This document shows positions 11,514 through 23,400 of a DNA stretch of 64,000 nt, piece by piece. Under the pieces are notes generated by a model. It was not told the origin of the DNA, searched no databases, and saw only the letters and a list, made by a program, of their open reading frames with translations. Made by a program: the position numbers and the translations under genes. The stretch comes from Paecilomyces variotii (taxonomy: Eukaryota): the NCBI GenBank assembly GCA_004022145.1, contig RCNU01000003.1; one strand, written 5' to 3'. Position 1 is the stretch's first letter; each line of letters starts with the position of its first letter.

Positions 11514-12923
11514 ATGTCCTCCACGTCGTCGCCAGTGCCGGTAAATCGGCTGATTACTTATCTCCGTATGCTTCAACGCTCCAAGCCGGGATTGCCTCAT
11601 GGCCAACTCGTTTGCGTGTCTGCGTCCCACACGATTACCACCACAGAGGCTCTGCTCCAGCTTGCTTCTGCGGTCGGATCACAGATCGCCATTCTCCAGA
11701 TCCAGGCAGACATAATCGACGATTGGTCCGACGAGACTGTGAACCAATTGATGGTGCTGGCAAAGACATATGGATTCTTACTATGGGAAGGCGGAAGGAT
11801 TCTGAATCCGTACCTGAGCTCTCTGGGAAAACGCGAGTCAGAATCTATCGGACAGAGGAAAGAGATCATAGAATGCATCCGAAGGTCCTATACTAAGGGC
11901 AGGCTTAACATGGCTTCATGGGCGGGCCTGGCAACTGCCTGGGCATCTGGGGTAATGGCCGAGAAGCAGGAAACGGATATGCTAATCCCAACGCTCAAAA
12001 ACGCCGCTCGCGAGACAGTTTCCGTGATAGCGCAGACTATTACTACTGAGATTACGGCCGAGGGCACAAAGGGTGACCACCAAACACAGGATGATCACCA
12101 GTTACCTGATAGCTTTGTGGACCAGGACGAATCAGGCGACGGTGGGCTTACTCCTAGTTATGCCATAACTAAAGATCTTGGAGATGTCATGCCCCTTCCA
12201 CCAAGGAAAGCCTCCACTATATCGCTCACGCAGACCATCACCCAACACACTGAAACCTCGCTCTCGTCGCCTTCAATCATTGAGCGCCGGGACTCTGTGG
12301 AAGATGTACTACTGCAGTTCACTATCACCGGGGACGATATCCCTCCCCCACCGCTGCTCGTTCGTGGACTAGTCCTCTGCCTGCCGTCTTTGAGGCTTAG
12401 TATTTTCACTCCGGAGTACAGACGGAGTTGTCTGGCGGCTGCGCGGGCCAATCGCGATTTCGTTATTGGCTTTGTTTCCAAGGAACCGTGGACGGTCATT
12501 TCCCGGACAGATGATATACTTGATGTGCACGAGGTCAGTGCATCGGAAGCCCACAGCAGCAGGGAAGAAGCTGGTGGACGCGACTCAGATGTGGTTCCCG
12601 ACTGGTTCATTGTCTTCTCTCCCATTACCGAGATTGCCGCCAATTCGTCCAGTCACGAGGAATCCGATGCCCGAGAGCACCGCTCATCTAATCAGCGAGG
12701 AAATGGCACGGAAGAGGTTGACTGTCTTGCCAGTGGAACACTGCCGGAATCTGGACCAGCTACACAAAGTTCTCAAGCCTCTCGCTTATCTGCTATTGTT
12801 CAGCAAGCGATGGCCGTTCGTGACGAAACCAGCAAAAAGGAAGCTGGCACTGCCCGACAAAGCGGACGCAAGCCGAACAGAACCAACATTCTCTACATTC
12901 CCATTGTAAAGCTTGGTCTATAA
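11514..12923 (+). CDS. Orotidine-5'-phosphate decarboxylase-fold protein, predicted catalytically inactive (469 aa, intronless)
   Basis: Aligns by eye to Ura3/PyrG in three segments: 'VCVSASHTITTTEALLQLASAVGSQIAILQIQADIIDDWSDETVNQLMVLAKTYGFLLWEGGRILN', 'RGLVLCLPSLRLSIFTPEYRRSCLAAARANRDFVIGFVSK' and 'DWFIVFSPI'. The KTHxD and DxKxxD motifs are replaced. Confidence 0.82.
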   Translation: MSSTSSPVPVNRLITYLRMLQRSKPGLPHGQLVCVSASHTITTTEALLQLASAVGSQIAILQIQADIIDDWSDETVNQLMVLAKTYGFLLWEGGRILNPYLSSLGKRESESIGQRKEIIECIRRSYTKGRLNMASWAGLATAWASGVMAEKQETDMLIPTLKNAARETVSVIAQTITTEITAEGTKGDHQTQDDHQLPDSFVDQDESGDGGLTPSYAITKDLGDVMPLPPRKASTISLTQTITQHTETSLSSPSIIERRDSVEDVLLQFTITGDDIPPPPLLVRGLVLCLPSLRLSIFTPEYRRSCLAAARANRDFVIGFVSKEPWTVISRTDDILDVHEVSASEAHSSREEAGGRDSDVVPDWFIVFSPITEIAANSSSHEESDAREHRSSNQRGNGTEEVDCLASGTLPESGPATQSSQASRLSAIVQQAMAVRDETSKKEAGTARQSGRKPNRTNILYIPIVKLGL

Positions 12924-14860
12924 GCCTGAGGTGCCATCCGCCTTCCTTTTTTTCTCTCGCTTCGAGTATATATTTCCTTGACCGACCGACTAGACTACCC
13001 AGTCAGGGAGCCTTAACGACATGGCCGGCTGATGATATCTTTTGTTTCCTACCTTGCGTCTCGGCGTTTTTATTTCCGATTTATTATAGCAAATATCGGA
13101 ATAACTTTTGAGGTGATGGCCTCGACTGATGCGTGATCTCGGACGCTATACAACACCATTAAAAGTCTTCTTAGTGGACTCACAACATTGACTGCATGCC
13201 TGCGTTGGGAGGAATATTATTTTCGGGAAGGAAATCGTGAATAGAAAAGGGACGGCATCGTTATTCGATATTCATTGTATATCATGTATGCCTTCGAGGT
13301 AGATTTGGGAGGGTTTCCTGTTTCGTCAGATATTATCATAGGCCGGTCAATAGTATATCGTCTTCATCACATAGTATTTGATTTGAGGACGAGAATTTCA
13401 TGCTACGTTCAACAATGACTGAGAACTCCGCCGGGAACTCCGTAGCTAGGTAGGCAATCTCCGAGATGTATCAATGTCTGAAGTGCATCCATACTGGCTA
13501 TCAGCACTAGTAACCAAACCATATATAATGGAGGCCCCGTCCTATGTATCTTCATGACTGGAAGTAAAACATGGAGAGGAATCTGTTGTTTAAAAACAAC
13601 GCTAAACAGGCAGAGGAGCCACCAGACTCACGTGACCTGGAGGTGAGCTGACTTACGGTCTCTCTTTGGAGTTTGACTCCTCTTAGTTAACTAACTAATT
13701 ATAACAGGTATAGGATTGTTGATATGTATTGTCATCGGGTGTGGGCTCATGGGGGCCTTCCATGGTATCGGTATTGACGGTTGGAGATCGAAGACCTCAA
13801 GGAAGGAATCTTCGCTCTGATTGACGTGCATGGGCGCTGCTATGCTTCATGTCTCCAAGTTGCAGGAAAAGTAAGGGTCAAGTTGGCCAAGGCGTTCGAA
13901 GCCAAGGAGACGACCGTCACCGGGCTCACTTCACGACTGGCAGAGCTGCTCACCGCAGCAGGATTCAAGAGATTCCTCGAAAAATATGCTATGTTCATGT
14001 TACCGTTTATCACGATCATAAGAAAAAGGGTTGGAATCCAACATCTTCATTGGAGAAGTGAGTCTCGGAGTTCCAGTGTCTGCTATGCCAATCGCGGCAA
14101 TCATGGGTATACTAGCTGATTCGCTGTTGGTTACCTAGTATATAAGTAAGTCGTACAGACCAGATCCTGGTGAGATACTTATCTAATCCATTCCAGGAGC
14201 AGCAATACTGCTCCTCTGCAACTGTCCTGAGTTATCTCAACTTGTTTCTTGTATCTCGTGGCTGCAGGACTCTCTTCTAAGTCGGCCTGGTTTCTGGAAC
14301 AGAATCATGTAAGTGATCAGAACAATAAATTGGCCACCAAAAAACTGAGAAGAGCATTAGCAGAATCACGTTACAGGTTGTGATGTCGCAGAGACTGGCT
14401 CGAGGCCTGGGTCCTACAACATTCGTAACACCGTGTGGTATCTCTGCAAGAGTAGAATAGCTGCATCCGGTGGGGGATGCTGAATAAATCATCACGTGAC
14501 ATCGAATTGTCATCGGTCTGCGGCGGCGATGCTTTCTCTTCCCTAGGACTGCTTGGCCTTATATTTGGAAATCGAATTACTCTATTGATGCCATGAGATT
14601 ATGATATAGCCCCGCTTTATTCTTTCAACCTGCCGCTCAAGGATTCACATTTTGGAAGCGTGTTACTAGTCATGACATCCTCAACTGAGTCCGACGATCA
14701 ACAGCTTGCATCTGCGTGACACATATTTTCTATTCTTTATTTCTGGCCCATTCTTGAAGACACTATTGATGTGTCTACAAAACTGAAGTGTCTTAATGTC
14801 ACGACGAGCACTGCCGCGTCCGTCTGCAGTTATCTTGAGAGACAAATTATTTTAGACATC

Positions 14861-16559
14861 ATGGACACGGAGTATCCACCACTTCCTTCAGTCTCGAAAG
14901 AGTCGACAGAGAAGAAAATATTCTCTTCACGGGTGTCAACTCCTGCAACTGTGCAGTCCGGGACGTCAGAAGAAAGTTCCTCTATCACAAATGGCTTTCG
15001 GGCTCCGGGTGGCGCATCGTCCAGTTCAAAGACTAACAGGAAGATCATCTCCAGTCAAGGAGACGTTATCATTGAATATAAGGACCGTGATACAAATGTG
15101 TCAAATGAACCAGAAATCTATTATCAATGGCAAGTTTCGAGTGAGGATCTCACGAGACATAGTCCGTACTTCGCGGCTTTACTTGACCCAAACAAATTCT
15201 ACGAGGGTAGAGCATTCATGGAAAAGAAGACGGAAATATCACAGCTCAGGAAAGAGCACGAGTATTCGGCCCGTATTCATGCAGATGAGCTGCCTGTCGT
15301 GAATCTAAGTGTGGAGCGTCTGTCTAGGAGGTTCCGCGCGAGCGCTGTGGATGTCTTCCTGAGGATACTCTGTGCTCACTCTCTGGATGATCACGCCCGG
15401 GCAGACTTTGATGCTGAAATAAAGCACCTCTCCACATCTGTCGTGGCCAATCTAATCGAAATATCTGACTTGCTGAACTCTCCCGATATTGTGCGAGACA
15501 CGCTCAAACGATCAGGATATGCGTTTGGGAAAGGGAAGATTCCACTTTTTAAATTCACTTCCGCCTTGTTAAAATACAGCGAGGAGCGAGTTCGACAGAC
15601 AATATTCATTGCGATGTATCTAGAAGAGCATAATATCTTCCAGACCCTGACGCATACGTTAGTGCTTATTGGCTCAAAGTCATGGATCAATGGAGTTGGA
15701 ATTCATGATCCGGAGAGCCCACGCTGGTGGTATTTACCACATGGAATGGAAGGTGATATACTCATTAAACATCCATTTACGCATTTTTCCTAAGTACTAA
15801 CTATGTCTGTGCTATTCAGAGGAGTTATACTACCGGCGTCAGTGCGTACTTAACACGATTACCGACTTGCAAGCTCACTTCCTTCGTGTCTATGGAGCAC
15901 TCGAGGACTCCAGAGATCCGAAGCCTACTGCTTCAAACACACCATTAGGATCAACCACTACATCTGCATCTCGTTCTCGTCCGTTTCAATGCCGTTGGGG
16001 CTTCAGCAACTCGAGAGCATGTGACGCATTCCATCTAGGCGAAATGACTCGCTTCTTCGCTATCCGTACGAAAACAATCTTCCTGGGTTCCACCCTAATA
16101 GACCCCGACTTTGATCTTGATCCCGAAGACGACTCTTCTGTAGACGAGGAAGGGGGCGCTACTCGTTCATTGATGGCGGGCCCTCCATCGGACATATCAT
16201 CCATCATCGCCTCCCTCAGACAAATTCCGGACTATCAGATAGATTCCAATCACACAGGATGTGGTATTCGCCGCCGCCTCCTGCCCGCCTTGGACGTTAT
16301 CGAGCGCTTCGTTGCCGACGGACGAGGCCTCCTGGGCCTGGTTCTGCGGTACTGGAAATCGCCCCCCGCCACGAATTCGATCTCCTGGATGGACCGGTCC
16401 CTCCGGAGGGCCGAGAGCGTGGATATACGCTACTCTAAAATCATTTCCCTCAACTGCAACCCTACCGGACCATTATACCCCGGCCCATTACCCCCTGGTT
16501 CACAAGAGGAAGATGCGCGGTTATTCTTCACAGCAAAGAAGAGGAACTGGGAATCTTAA
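14861..16559 (+). CDS. Conserved-type fungal hypothetical protein with BTB/POZ-like N-terminal region
   Basis: Two exons, 14861-15752 and 15820-16559, join as ..GMEEELYYRRQC... The segment 'IISSQGDVIIEY..WQVSSEDLTRHSPYFAALLDPNKFYEG' resembles fungal BTB domains. Confidence 0.75.
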
Positions 16560-16685
16560 TCTTCACAATTGGCCTATAGAAATCAAACGAACAATTTATC
16601 CTCAGGTTCATAAGGAAGGCTCGGTAACCTTGGCAACTCCTAGAAGAGGGAAAAAAGGACGTCATGTAGCCGTCGTAATGGAGAC

Positions 16686-16687
<2 letters not shown>

Positions 16688-16717
<30 letters not shown>
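16688..16717 (+). repeat. Poly-G homopolymer (30 nt)
   Basis: Uninterrupted G run about 130 bp after the stop codon of the BTB-like gene. Confidence 0.95.
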
Positions 16718-16718
<1 letters not shown>

Positions 16719-17737
16719 CTAGAACATGTAATCATTATTTTCGCCCTGTTGAGATGAGCCTTGGTTCAAGCTCCCTTGGATAATTGTTGTACAGAGCTTT
16801 TGGTTCTGAGTGGGTTCTAGAATTCGTTGCCGTTCCAAGGATATATTGAACGATAAAACTATCCCAGAGAGTCAATCCGAACAGGAGGTCCGAGGTTCTG
16901 GGATAGATAAACTTGTATGGAAGCTTTCGTTTGGTATCCAGTTGAACTGCTAGGATAACGTCCCACGAGAATTCCCGGTGTCTGGGAGAGAGAAACGAGC
17001 CTACATCAGCCCTGGAGGAGCTGGGTAACTACCCAAGTAGGGCAAAAGACCTTCGTACACCAGTATATAGAGACTATCGTCTATAAGGAATGCGTCCTCG
17101 AGTTTCGAACGCAGAACTTTGAAATAGAATGAGAAGCTCTGAATTTCCCCATGACGCCTGAAGTAAAGCGAGAAATAAGACTTTTAATTTCCCCTCTTTC
17201 TTATCTATAGTTCGAGAAATTACAACAGTACATGTGTCTATACAGCACTAAAACATATTCAATAGCGATGGATTGAAGAGCCAATATCGCATTATGTCGG
17301 AAAATGAGGGGGGGAGAAAGAATGCAATGATTATAGTCAATACACAAGACGGTTTATAGAAACAAAGAATGTCTTGAGGACCAAAATTCGAGAACATCTT
17401 TCCAAGGTGCCCCATTCCTCCACTTTCCATCGTGTATATCGTCTTATATATCTGTGTCAATGGAGCATTGGGAACTTGGTCCGGGTTCTCAAGAGGTCAG
17501 CATGCGACGTATGTGATTCCAAACAAGTTTCTTTCCCAAAATCTCAAGATAGAGGAACAAGTAAAACTTTTGTGTGCTGGGATGAAGTAGGTGAAAAGTT
17601 GAATGCAATCAATGCCAGAGCCAGCTGTCTAGAATGAAGGTAAAAGATGCCGGTGATATGTATACATGCCGTAGAATGGAAGATGAGAGGAAGTCAAAGA
17701 GATGATAAGCGATAGGAATTAAATAGTACAACGACTT

Positions 17738-20404
17738 TTAGCACATTGTATCTCCCCACATGTAGCCAAGTTCGAGATCGAGGTTTGTTGACGATGGGAA
17801 GAAAGATCCGGTCAGATGACCTGTAGCAGGGTCGTATGGCAGGTAGTCGTCATATCCGCTGCGAATGGGGGGACATTTTTCAGGCTTGATAAAATCCGCC
17901 ATGTCCGGCTGTTCCAAGGAATAAGGGAAAATCGGAGCAGGAGGAGAAGCGTGATCCATAAGCGGACAGGAAGTTGAGTCAAAGCTGGAGCTAGCAGAAG
18001 AAAAGTCTACGGCCGGCATGTCGTTAATAACAGCTTCATCATTGCATGGAAGATCGTTGACCTCGACACCAACGTGAGGCGCCAAGCGGCGAAGATAGTC
18101 ATCGCAGAGCTTCCACGCTCGAGATGCAGCTGCACTGAATGTCGACATGTGGTGGAGCCACTCAATTCCGGTCTTTGCTGCCTTCGAGACAGTTGCCGCC
18201 TTGTCTGGAACATGCTGTGCCCTAAACGACAATTCGAGCAGCAAAACCGTGGTAGCCTGCATGATATAGTGTAGCATACACCACCATGGTGCAATCTTGC
18301 ACAGCAGAGCCGAGTCTGGCGCGTCTGGCAGAAGCCTCAGTAGGCGACACGCGGAATCAACACATTCAGCAGCGGTCTTGCTGCAGAAATCATAGGACTT
18401 GCTACCATGCGGTCGACTAGCGTCTAACCGGCAGAGGCATGGTCGAGTTATGGCGATCTTTGTACTGTAGAAAAGACATGCCAGGCTCATTCTCTGACCC
18501 AGAAGAGCCTGTGACATCTGGACTGATGTGAAATCGTATGGCTCTGGGAGGTTCAGGAGCCACGAGTCGGTCTCCAGCATGAGGCTTTGAATCATAAATT
18601 CAATGCTGGGCCAGGGCGATTGGACAGACTCAGCACTGTACAGCTTAGCATTGACCCTTTTGGATATTGAAGTAAGAGTCGAGAGCTGTAGGAAGTAAAG
18701 GGACATGCTTGGAGCCAGGCCTTTCAACCATTCAGTAGAGCCGACTTCTGAAAGCTTCGCAGAGGGCGGCTCCATGCTGGGAATTTCCAACTGCGCCGGA
18801 CTTGGCGTGTTGGAACAATCTGACATTTTGTCATGAGTATACGAATTTCTGCGAGAAGAGTTACCGATAAGTTGAGTCACTTCTTCCTTTTGGAAATCGC
18901 ACTCGTCGAACGGAACTGGCAGTGGGGTTGTGCAGGTGCTGTCCACTATGCATGTAGGTCGACCGGTCATCACGCTAAGCAGGTGATCGATTGTATAAAG
19001 GGACCACCAGACACGGTATCGGATTTCTTTCGAGGTGTCGGATGTGGAGGAACCTACGTTCCTCAGATGCAGGCCGAGCGCCACAGCCGCACGAACAGCG
19101 TTTCCACAAAGCTTCCAGGCTCTGTCGAATCGGGAATCAGAATTGTATCTGTGTATGACAGTTATGTTGAACATACCTGTTTATCTGGTCCATGGCTAGC
19201 AGGTAAAATGACGCTAGACCTTCAACCTGTATTTGCTGGAGATCTGGATGATCAAAAAGCTGATCATTCATACTAAGCATCCTAGCTCTCGCAAAATATA
19301 GCTGATGATCGTCTTCATTGTCTCTCCAATCAGCACGGGAAATGTGGGAATACTTCGCAGCAATCGCGAAGATCAGATTCAAAATAGCCAGCCACTTGTT
19401 TCCAGGCTTCACAGAAGGTTGATTGAAGAAGAGCTGATACTGTGAGATGAATGTGGAAATACCGATTATAGGAAATGAAGGGTGAACCGAAGCCAAGTAG
19501 GCATTGAACAAGCGGGCAGCGACGTCCCGAGACGGCATGCCATATGGATCCACTCGGGCTGGAATAGTGATCTCCGTATCATCTAAATAATAGCTCGAGG
19601 AAGCAATGGAAGGTTCAATTGACCCTTCATCTTTCGAGCTGGCTGCTGGTGAGTATCGTTCATGGGATGGACTCTCCTGTTTAACTTCTGATTCGTGGCT
19701 GACTTCCCTACTTAACTTTTGCAGCCAAGCAATTTCCGAGCTCTTTCCTATGTAGCCAGTGGCACGCGTCGTATGATCTCGATTGAAGTCTTCCTCAACA
19801 CGGTCAACTTCGTCAAATGACCCGACTGAAGAAGATCGGGATTGTGGATATCCGGAACTGGAGCTCCCTGAGTTTTGTCTGCCTCTCGACGTGGCCATGT
19901 GGAAGTCAGGGTGAAGTGACAAACGATGGGGAGATTCCTGGAACTGTTAGGCATGTACAATTAGACGGTTGATCTCATGCGTACCGCTGACATAGCACTG
20001 TTCATGAGCTGTTCATCTGAGATGCCAAAGCTAAGGCTCAATTTGCGGATGACGTCCTCGTATGCTTGAACCTTAGCCGAAAGACTGGCAAGCTGTCTGC
20101 GCGTCGTTATCAATATCAAAGTGTACTCGCATCAATCGCTCCAATCAACGAACCTCTTGGATTTCTCTCTCTTGCCATCTGTATAACAGCAGATGATGCC
20201 TGCCTCTCGACAATTGCGACAGCCAGATTTGTCACCAGTACATTTTGTTTTCCTCTGTCTGCAGGACTCGCAGGCACGGCGAACGTGTCGACGGTGAAAT
20301 CTTCCAGGGGAGCTGAAAGCAGCTTCTGCTCCCTCCGGAAGCCGGGGGATAGCCATCTTCTTAGTATTCAGACGGTCCTGATCATTTTCGGGAGAATGGG
20401 ACAT
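17738..20404 (-). CDS. Zn(II)2Cys6 transcription factor with fungal-specific TF (middle homology) domain
   Basis: Zinc cluster 'RACESCRQRKTKCTGDKSGCRNCREAGIICCY' followed by a coiled coil 'RQLASLSAKVQAYEDVI'. Middle region has 'AYLASVHPSFPII' and 'AVRAAVALGLH..EIRYRVWWSLYTIDHLLSVMTGRP'. Four exons with introns near 20153-20097, 19984-19945 and 19176-19122. Confidence 0.92.
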
Positions 20405-23400
20405 CGACAGATCCTGAGCAGCTCTTAGAACTAGTCGACGTATCCGGAATCGAACGCATAAGCTCACCACATTGGATAGCTGACTGCACGTCTCCGCGTC
20501 ATAAGACAGCTTGAAACAAGATGTCTGCTCGGGCCAGGCCTGAAACCGCAAGGTCTCCATATTTAGAACCGTGACAGGACACAGAGATATTAGAGCGACG
20601 TATTAATGGGATTTCACGTTGGGGCGCAGCAGATATGAAATATAGAGGTGCTTTGGAGTCTTCAGTGGCCCCGTATTGCTTACAGGCAGGCAATACCCGT
20701 TGTCAATAAGGGCTCAATGTAGGGGAAGCACCGTGTCAGGGTGTGCTTTGAATGACACAGACAGAGAGAGTATGCTCTTCAATTATAGTCGGATGCTTTC
20801 GAATATAAGATGTCAAGAGAGGTCAAGAGAGGACGATAGGTAACTATATCCAAAGAATACTAGCACAGTATGCTCTGAGGTCCCCAGTCAAACTAGTGAA
20901 TTGGGCACGGAAAGCGGTGGGACGATGGCGTCCTGTCCAGAGGAGACAGCTGCAGCACAAACAGCTATATCCTTGGGAAGTTAGCAAGGATGTCCTATAA
21001 ACAGTGAGTTCATCAAAGTCCGGAAAGTAAATGCGAGTGGGGAACGCAAGACATTGGCAGAAACTCCATGGCACCTCTGCGTCAGGACAGAAGCTAGTTA
21101 TCTAGGGCCTTTTGCTAGATAGATTAGGATCACGTCCAGGTGAAGGGTCAGTTCTGGAGTGACAGGCGGATGATATGTCCGATCCCTTCATCTGCACTCC
21201 GTACGCTAAGTGGCGATCGGCTGGAGGCGAGGAAATGCATTGTTGATGCGTTCTCTATGGCAAAGATATCGCCTGAGAAAGAGGCCCAGAACAATGTAGG
21301 TCGAGAGTCAAGAGGCTTAAACCAACCTGGCACCATGGGAATAGGGTTCATCATCAATCATGCCCACTGAACGCTCCCGGTGGCTGATTCGTGTCTTGCC
21401 GCCAGCGTTCATACAATGCTTGCCTTTGATCTCCTCGTGTGAGAAGCCGTTGGTAACGGCTGATAGTATCCATTGGCCAGACCGGTGCAATACACTAAGT
21501 GGACACCCCACCAAGATATGTCACCCCTCTCTAAGTTGAAGTTTCCTATACTGTCGTCAGCCTAGCGGCTGGAAGCTCAAGGAACTGGCGGATAGTACAA
21601 TGTAAGCAGGAGGATCCTATCACCATCGATCGTGCTTGACCAGCCACTTGACAGACTTCCCGGTGTCAATCCACCGGGCTGACCTGATATCCCATAGATA
21701 CGGGTAGATGGCTGACCTCCCAGTCGTATCTCGTCTGGTGATCAGGGATCTCACCCAATGCAGACATGATGCTGTAGGTACCGTGTGTAGAACGATTGGG
21801 TCTCATACATACTAACTATACGACTAGGCCTCTCTGAATTATCCGTTGGGTTACATAATGGCGGCCGCCAGGAAGCACTGATCGCGAGAATCGACTGATC
21901 ATGTCGGAAAAGTGGTGGCAATGATATCCTCATCCATGGATCTTCATCTCTTCCCGTGGTTCCACATCCCAGAACATAGACGAAGCTAAAGCCCGAGTTC
22001 ACGGAAGACCTTCCGCGATGGCCGTGCGCGAAGTGAGTGAAGGGACGGGTTCTCTCTGGTAGGAAACTCATGAGCGGGTAAGCCTCAATCTGAGGTTCGA
22101 CTCGTTAAGATAGACGAAAGGAGACGTCGCTGCTGCGATACCCCTGCTATCTGAGCCAAATGTGAGTTTGTCCGGATCCCCAGAATAAGTTCCTCTGCAG
22201 CCCCTCTATCTTGCCCCGCGGCTCTCCTCGTTGAGTGGACAGTGGAAGGAGAGAGAAAGAGGGCCCAGTGATAATGCTGACGTCTTGCGGACGAAGTTGT
22301 TCCTGGGGCTTCCTGTACATTATGCCTGAATTACGTGCTAGTATTGTTGGCCCACGATTCTCGTACCAGGCTAACAGATACAGTACATACCTAGCCCATC
22401 TCTGTAATCTGAATCTGGCAGCATCCGAAATTGAACTCCACATGTGCATTATGCACTGCGGGCATAAGACGCAGGGGAAGCAATTGTCATGTCCTGACGC
22501 CTGCATATGGTACAATTGCGACGTGGGGAAGAGCTGTTATGTCCAAGAGATGGGATGTTGGCATCGGGTGAACGTGCGAGTGGATCCATGTGGCAGCTAA
22601 GGCCGGTAGATGGACCAAGCTCCATGAGCTCTGTTTCCACGCCTCTGCTAACTAAAAAATAATAATACCCCCGTCCAAGCCTTAAGATCCTTCCAAGTTA
22701 TGGGCCCTGCACGAGGGTCTAGAGTAGGTTAGAGTGCGAGGCTAAGGGTTCCCCATAATCATCAACGACTAGTGTTAGGTGGTGCCGCGCATGACGGGGA
22801 GATACGAACAGTAGTAATAGATACTCTGACCATCCGGTTCCGGGACTTGTTAGTATATGGCATCGGTATCCCCCCTTTTTTTTTTGTTGCTATACTATTA
22901 GTTTCACTATTAGTTTCTTCGTTATCTCAGATGACAGACAAGAGATGACTCCAGATATACTCTTTCTTCCATATATGTGGTTACTAACTTCAATAGCGAC
23001 CTCTTTTCTCATAACTTAGCTCACGTAATATGGCCCCTCATACATAGTGTACCTTACATATGCCCGCTTCGATGCAGCAATTAGTCTCGGATGCTGACCA
23101 GCATCAAGATATTAACCCTGAGAGGCGATCAGTTGCGTCTTTTAGCCACGGAGCCACGTATTTACCCACTTGCCCACGGTACCCGGGAACGACCGCACTA
23201 GGTTCTTGCAGCTTGCTCGCTTGACAAAAAAGAGAGAATTCCTTTGTATCTTGACTCCCAGACATGAACTAGTCTGGATGTGGAGCCGATCAAGGACCCC
23301 CAGTACTCATGTCTCGGAACATACCTACTGTCAGTGACATACCATAAACATGATACGGCCCTGGCTTGGTATGGTATAGTTATGTGCGGGGGTCTGTATC

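Noticed and set aside
22070-22110. GGTTCGA T-loop-like motif suggesting a tRNA
   Set aside because: No cloverleaf, D-arm or A box could be built; it is only a local hairpin.
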